From a bacterium HR15 (GTDB lineage Bacteria; Armatimonadota; Fimbriimonadia; Fimbriimonadales; GBS-DC): a stretch of DNA of 64,000 bases. Numbering within the stretch: position 1 is the stretch's first letter; every line of letters starts with the position of its first letter. The stretch is taken from contig BEHR01000003.1 in the NCBI GenBank assembly GCA_002898555.1, forward strand, positions 28,289 through 92,288. Direction: 5' to 3'. Positions 59,262 through 64,000 of the stretch are shown in pieces. Under the pieces are notes generated by a model, which saw nothing but the letters and a program-made list of their open reading frames with translations, did no database searches and was not told the DNA's origin. Both the position numbers and the translations under genes were made by a program.

Positions 59262-60022
59262 TGACCTCCCATGAGATAGAGCAGTGGGAACAGGAAAATC
59301 CACACGATGTCCACAAAATGCCAGTAGAGACCGACCATCTCTACGGGCATGTAGTCGGCATGGGGCACTCTACGGATGTGGTCCGAGTAGGCACGCACCG
59401 CCAGAATCGCCAGAATGATAATCCCAACTAACACATGCAGTCCGTGCAGCCCCGTCATGATGAAGTAGAAGCTGAAGAAGAGCTTGGTGCGCCCAGTGAA
59501 CTCCTCCAGCGAAACCTTTCGCTTGCCCAGATCCACCATCCCGTTGTCCACTTTCAAGTGGTTGTGGTGAATCACCTCCTCGGCACTATAGCTCTGGTTA
59601 GGAATCAGTTGATGGTGGTACTTAGAGGAATACTCAAAGTACTTGTTCACCATGAAGATGCTGGCAAAGAAAATCGTCCAGAGCAGATATTTAAACTGCG
59701 TCTTGTGTTGCTGGAGCATCGCGGCGCGCACGGCACGCGCCATCGTGTAGCTGCTGACCAGCAGCACGAAGGTATTAAGGGCACCGAACACCACGCTGAG
59801 CGTATGGTGCGCCGCCACGAATTCATACAGATATTTGAAGCGGTAGACGGCATAGCTGGCGAACAGTCCACCGAAGAACAGCACCTCCTGCACGATGAAC
59901 GCCCACATGCCAATCGTGTAGGCGTCGTTCTGCTGTTCGATGGTCTCATACTGTTCGCCTAAGTGTGGAACCTCGCGCCCATGCTCTATCAGATGCAGTT
60001 CTGCTTCTCTGACGCTCACCAT
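59258..60022 (-). CDS. ctaE: Cytochrome c oxidase subunit III
   Basis: [19 protein letters not shown]. Confidence 0.93.
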   Translation of the reverse strand: MVSVREAELHLIEHGREVPHLGEQYETIEQQNDAYTIGMWAFIVQEVLFFGGLFASYAVYRFKYLYEFVAAHHTLSVVFGALNTFVLLVSSYTMARAVRAAMLQQHKTQFKYLLWTIFFASIFMVNKYFEYSSKYHHQLIPNQSYSAEEVIHHNHLKVDNGMVDLGKRKVSLEEFTGRTKLFFSFYFIMTGLHGLHVLVGIIILAILAVRAYSDHIRRVPHADYMPVEMVGLYWHFVDIVWIFLFPLLYLMGGQ

Positions 60023-60064
60023 AACCCTCCTTCTTCGATGGGACTACTTGCCACTTATCTGCGC

Positions 60065-61744
60065 TCAGCCATCTTTGCCTCCGCCACCCACATAGGCAGG
60101 TCGTGGCGCCGGGAAGATGGCGGTTGGCTCCTCGGGATGGGCATAATCATACGCGGGGCGTGTCACAATCGGCGTGCGTTCGAAGTTATGCGGATGTGGC
60201 AGCGTATCGACCACTTCCCACTCCAACCCGCGCGCGCCCCACGGGTTCTTCTCGGCGATCCTGCCGTACTTCAGCGACCAGACCAGATAGATGGCGGGCA
60301 GCAGGTAGCCCAGTCCCAGAATCGACGCGCCCGCGCTGGAGAGTAGGTTCAACGCCCACCACTCCTCTGGGTAGCTGTGATAACGGCGCGGCATACCCAT
60401 GTAGCCCAGAATGAACTGCGGGAAGAAGGTCAGGTTGAACCCCACGAACACCATGAGCGCAGCGAGCTTCGCCCAGCTCTGCGGGTACATACGCCCCGTC
60501 ATCTTGGGCCACCAGTAGTGCAGCGCCGCCATATACGCCATAATCGCGCCACCCACCATCACATAGTGGAAGTGCGCCACCACAAAGTAGGTATCGGTCA
60601 GATGCACATTGGTCGCCAGGGAAGCCAGATGCAGACCCGTCAGCCCACCAATCACGAACAGTCCCAGAAAGCCCAGCGCATAAATCATCGGCGCTTCCCA
60701 ATGGACACGCCCCTTCCAAATAGTTGCCATCCAGTTGAAGGTCTTGATGGCTGACGGAATCGCCACCAGGAAGGTCAGGAAGGAGAACACGATACCGGCA
60801 TAGATCGATTGACCTGTGCTGAACATGTGGTGTCCCCACACCAGGAAGCCAATAATCGCAATCGCTAAGCTGGAGAACGCTACAAAATGGTAGCCAAAGA
60901 CGCGTCGGCGTGAGAAGGTTGCAATCACCTCGCTGATAACGCCCATGCCGGGCAAAATCATGATATAGACGGCAGGATGTGAGTAGAACCAGAACAGATG
61001 CTGGAACAGAATGGGATCGCCGCCGCGATTGGGGTCGAAGATGCCGATACCGAAGGTGCGCTCCACCGCCACCAGCAGCAGCGTAATCGCAACGACAGGC
61101 GTGCCCAGCACCTGAATCAGGCTCGTGGCATACATCGCCCATACAAACAGCGGCAGACGGAACCATGTCATGCCCGGCGCGCGCATTTTATGGATCGTCA
61201 CAAGGAAGTTGATGCCGGTGAAGATGGAGCTGAACCCCACCAGAAACACGCCCACAATCGCCAAGCTCACTTCCCCTTTGGCGAACGCGCTGCTGTAAGG
61301 GGTATAGAAGGTCCAGCCCGTATCGATGCCGCCCTTGAGCAGAGCAATGGTCGCCAGCACGCCGCCGATCATATAGAAATACCAGCTCAACAGGTTCAGG
61401 CGAGGGAACGCCACATCGCGCGCCCCAATCATCATCGGCAGCACAAAGTTGCCAAACGACGCCGGAATGGAGGGGATCAAGAAGAAGAAGATCATCAGCA
61501 CCCCATGAATGGTGAACATCTTGTTATAGGTGTCGGAGGTCATCAAGTCACCCTTCGGCGTCGCCAGCTCCAGCCGAATCGCCGCGGCTGCCAAGCTGCC
61601 CAAGAAGAAGAAGAGGGTAATGCCGAGCAAATAGAGAATGCCGATGCGCTTGTGGTCCAGTGTTAGGAGCCACGAAGCGACCGTCGTCCTAACATTCAGA
61701 TAATTGATCCGCTCAGTGCCTGTTTGCGCTGTGATCGTTGCCAT
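60065..61744 (-). CDS. ctaD: Cytochrome c oxidase subunit I (type A2)
   Basis: WFYSHPAVY (YS motif), WGHH, AHFHY. Confidence 0.96.
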   Translation of the reverse strand: MATITAQTGTERINYLNVRTTVASWLLTLDHKRIGILYLLGITLFFFLGSLAAAAIRLELATPKGDLMTSDTYNKMFTIHGVLMIFFFLIPSIPASFGNFVLPMMIGARDVAFPRLNLLSWYFYMIGGVLATIALLKGGIDTGWTFYTPYSSAFAKGEVSLAIVGVFLVGFSSIFTGINFLVTIHKMRAPGMTWFRLPLFVWAMYATSLIQVLGTPVVAITLLLVAVERTFGIGIFDPNRGGDPILFQHLFWFYSHPAVYIMILPGMGVISEVIATFSRRRVFGYHFVAFSSLAIAIIGFLVWGHHMFSTGQSIYAGIVFSFLTFLVAIPSAIKTFNWMATIWKGRVHWEAPMIYALGFLGLFVIGGLTGLHLASLATNVHLTDTYFVVAHFHYVMVGGAIMAYMAALHYWWPKMTGRMYPQSWAKLAALMVFVGFNLTFFPQFILGYMGMPRRYHSYPEEWWALNLLSSAGASILGLGYLLPAIYLVWSLKYGRIAEKNPWGARGLEWEVVDTLPHPHNFERTPIVTRPAYDYAHPEEPTAIFPAPRPAYVGGGGKDG

Positions 61745-61746
61745 CT

Positions 61747-62724
61747 TTACTTCCCTCCTGCTGGCTGCTCTTTCGCCAGCGATTTGATATAGGCGGTCAA
61801 CTGAATAATCTGCTCCTCGCTCAACACGCCCTGATAGGGGGGCATTACGGGTTGATAGCCTTCCACAACCTTCGCCCCCGGATTGAGTATCGATTCGCGG
61901 ATGTAGGCTTCGTCCGCCACGACGGTGCGTCCATCTGCTAATTTTACCTTACTGCCGAACAAGCCGCGCAGGTCGGGTGCTTTAACCGCCGCGTTCGGGT
62001 TCATATGGCAGGAGTTGCATGCTCCCACACCCTCAAACACCTGTTTGCCCTGTTCTTCCAGCGATAGCCCCACCGCCGCGGCGCCTGCCCCACCAGCTCC
62101 CTTCGCCAGCCACTGCTGGAACTCTTCCGACGGCAGCACATAGACCCAGCCGATCATCTCGGAGTGTTTCGTGCCGCAGTATTCGGTGCAGAACAGGTGA
62201 TATTTGCCCGGCTGGGTGGGTGTGAAGTACACCGTGTTGTAGCGTCCTGGCACCGCATCCCGTTTGACCCGAAAGGCGGGGATGGAAAAAGCATGGATCA
62301 CATCTTGCGAGATGACCGTCACCTTGACCAGTCGCCCAGCGGGGAGATGGAGTTCGTTGTTCTCGCGTATCCCGTTTGGATGTTGGCAGTGCCACATCCA
62401 CTGCTTGCCCACCACGAACACCTCATAGGCCCCTTCGCGAGGTGCATAGATGTCGCCATAGAGTTTTGCTGACCAGCCGAAAATTGCCAGCGCCAGCACC
62501 AGCGGGATGAGTGTCCAGCCCAGCTCCAGCCGCAGGTCGGTTTCCACGGCGTCATCGCGGCGCACCGCTTCGTTGCTGGCGCGATATTTGACCGCCAGAT
62601 AGATCGCGCCGAACAGCACAATAGCGCCGAAGAAAATCGCCAGCCAGGTAATCGTCCAATAGAGGGTAGAGATAGCCTCACCCTCTTTCGATGCCGTTGG
62701 CGGAAAGAACGGAATGTTCCACAT
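61747..62724 (-). CDS. ctaC: Cytochrome c oxidase subunit II with fused cytochrome c (caa3)
   Basis: [16 protein letters not shown] CuA site, CNSCH. Confidence 0.95.
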   Translation of the reverse strand: MWNIPFFPPTASKEGEAISTLYWTITWLAIFFGAIVLFGAIYLAVKYRASNEAVRRDDAVETDLRLELGWTLIPLVLALAIFGWSAKLYGDIYAPREGAYEVFVVGKQWMWHCQHPNGIRENNELHLPAGRLVKVTVISQDVIHAFSIPAFRVKRDAVPGRYNTVYFTPTQPGKYHLFCTEYCGTKHSEMIGWVYVLPSEEFQQWLAKGAGGAGAAAVGLSLEEQGKQVFEGVGACNSCHMNPNAAVKAPDLRGLFGSKVKLADGRTVVADEAYIRESILNPGAKVVEGYQPVMPPYQGVLSEEQIIQLTAYIKSLAKEQPAGGK

Positions 62725-62730
62725 GGCTTT

Positions 62731-63660
62731 TCACCTCGATTCGGGCGTATCCGACGGGGCGGACGAGTCGGGCAGCTCAGCCGCTTCTGACAGCCTTGGA
62801 TGGCGACGCTCCAGCCAGAGCATGCCGCCAATCAGCAATCCCAGTCCCAGCACGGTGAGCACGCCACCCAGCTGTACCAGCCGAATAATTACCAGTCCGT
62901 ACTTGCCTGTGGCAGGATCGTACTGGTAGCAGTAGAGTACCACCCGCTCCACGGGGTTACCGATTTTGCCTTCGGACGCTTCCATAAGCGCGAACTTCAA
63001 ATCGCGTGGGGAGTAGTTCACGCCCAGCAGGTAGCGCGACAGCCGCCCATCGGGCGTCAGCACCATAATCGCTGCCGTGTGCGCGTATTGCTTCGTGCGT
63101 GGGTCATACACATACTGGAAGCCAACGGCATCCGCCAACCGGCGGATATTCGCCTCCTCGCCTGTTAGGAAGTGCCAGCCTTGTTCCGCGCCCCCGTGCC
63201 GATAGGCTTTCACATAGTTCGCCTTCTTTTTAGCTGCCAGTTCAGGCGTCTCGTTGGGGGCGATGCTGACCGTTACCACCTCGAACTCCTTGCCGATGCG
63301 ATAATCCAGCGCGTTCAGCGTGCGCGTCAACTCGTTCAATATCACCGTGCAGAGCATGGGGCACTCGTAGTAGTTCAGCGTGAGGATCACGGGGCGTTTG
63401 CCGAAGTAATCACCGAGCCGAACGGTTTTGCCCATCTCGTCGCGGAAGTTTAAATCAAGAGGGATCTGCGCGTTCAGCTTCTGTTTGATATCCACCTGAC
63501 GCAGCACCTGCTGGTTAAGTTCTGGGGTTAGCTCAGGTGGGCGGCGGTACATCTGGGCATGCGTCAGATTCAGCAGCCCAGCGAGCAGTAGCACCGTCGT
63601 ACCCAGCAGCCACGCTCGCCTCCGCTCGCCATTCGCCATTCGCCATTCGCTATTTCGCAT
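62731..63660 (-). CDS. SCO family protein
   Basis: YYECPMLC, WHFLTG, YAH. Confidence 0.9.
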   Translation of the reverse strand: MRNSEWRMANGERRRAWLLGTTVLLLAGLLNLTHAQMYRRPPELTPELNQQVLRQVDIKQKLNAQIPLDLNFRDEMGKTVRLGDYFGKRPVILTLNYYECPMLCTVILNELTRTLNALDYRIGKEFEVVTVSIAPNETPELAAKKKANYVKAYRHGGAEQGWHFLTGEEANIRRLADAVGFQYVYDPRTKQYAHTAAIMVLTPDGRLSRYLLGVNYSPRDLKFALMEASEGKIGNPVERVVLYCYQYDPATGKYGLVIIRLVQLGGVLTVLGLGLLIGGMLWLERRHPRLSEAAELPDSSAPSDTPESR

Positions 63661-64000
63661 TTGTCTTCACCCCTTGGGGCGCGGGCGTGCCTGGCAGCCC
63701 GCGTTGTAAAATCAACTCTTTTGCCCGTTCCACCGGGATGCGTGCTATGCCGGTTTTGGGATCGACGGAATAGGTCGTGGTCTTTTCGATCTCCTGAGCG
63801 TAAAACTTCTCCCAGTCCTGCATGGGGAAGCCCTGCACACGCGGCTCCGGTGGCAGCTGCCTCTCCAACGCCTCTTTACGCACGGAGGGCAAACTCGGTT
63901 CCTCCTTGGGAAGAATCCATTGAAAGACAAAATAAGAAATGATGAGCGAGCCGATAATGGTGAAGAAGATGAGCGCGAGAAACTGCACCATCGCGCGCAC
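63650..64000 (-). CDS. Membrane protein of the oxidase operon (5'-partial)
   Basis: TM helix, PPEPRVQ, RIPVERA; runs off the window edge. Confidence 0.6.
   Translation of the reverse strand: MRAMVQFLALIFFTIIGSLIISYFVFQWILPKEEPSLPSVRKEALERQLPPEPRVQGFPMQDWEKFYAQEIEKTTTYSVDPKTGIARIPVERAKELILQRGLPGTPAPQGVKTNAK

Overview
GC-rich bacterial chromosomal window. The C-terminal GDVDGNGCVDDADLLAVLFAFG repeats, the H-X9-DG protein and the repeat families suggest a thermophilic Armatimonadota (inference). Core content: a pilMNOP + STN + secretin operon followed by aroK-aroB, an acyl-CoA ligase, prpD, a SARP/STAND regulator, Fur/PerR + P1B-4 ATPase, TPP riboswitch-thiC, tatC, a PhoB/PhoR-like pair, flagellin, frameshifted prfB, trxA, trpC, sufCB, lexA and a caa3 oxidase operon. 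Most unusual is a ~3.8 kb locus at 47.3-51.2 kb. It has a promoter-driven orphan CRISPR mini-array (3 identical 36-nt repeats, no cas genes in the window), followed by a small acidic ORF, a HEAT-repeat protein and a MoxR-like AAA+ ATPase. The last two share a 44-aa N-terminal module (34/44 identical). Also present: IS5-like modular MITEs, a candidate iron-regulator operator, a putative R-M pair, a mosaic secreted glycoside hydrolase and several gene remnants. All calls come from reading the sequence; no database searches were run.
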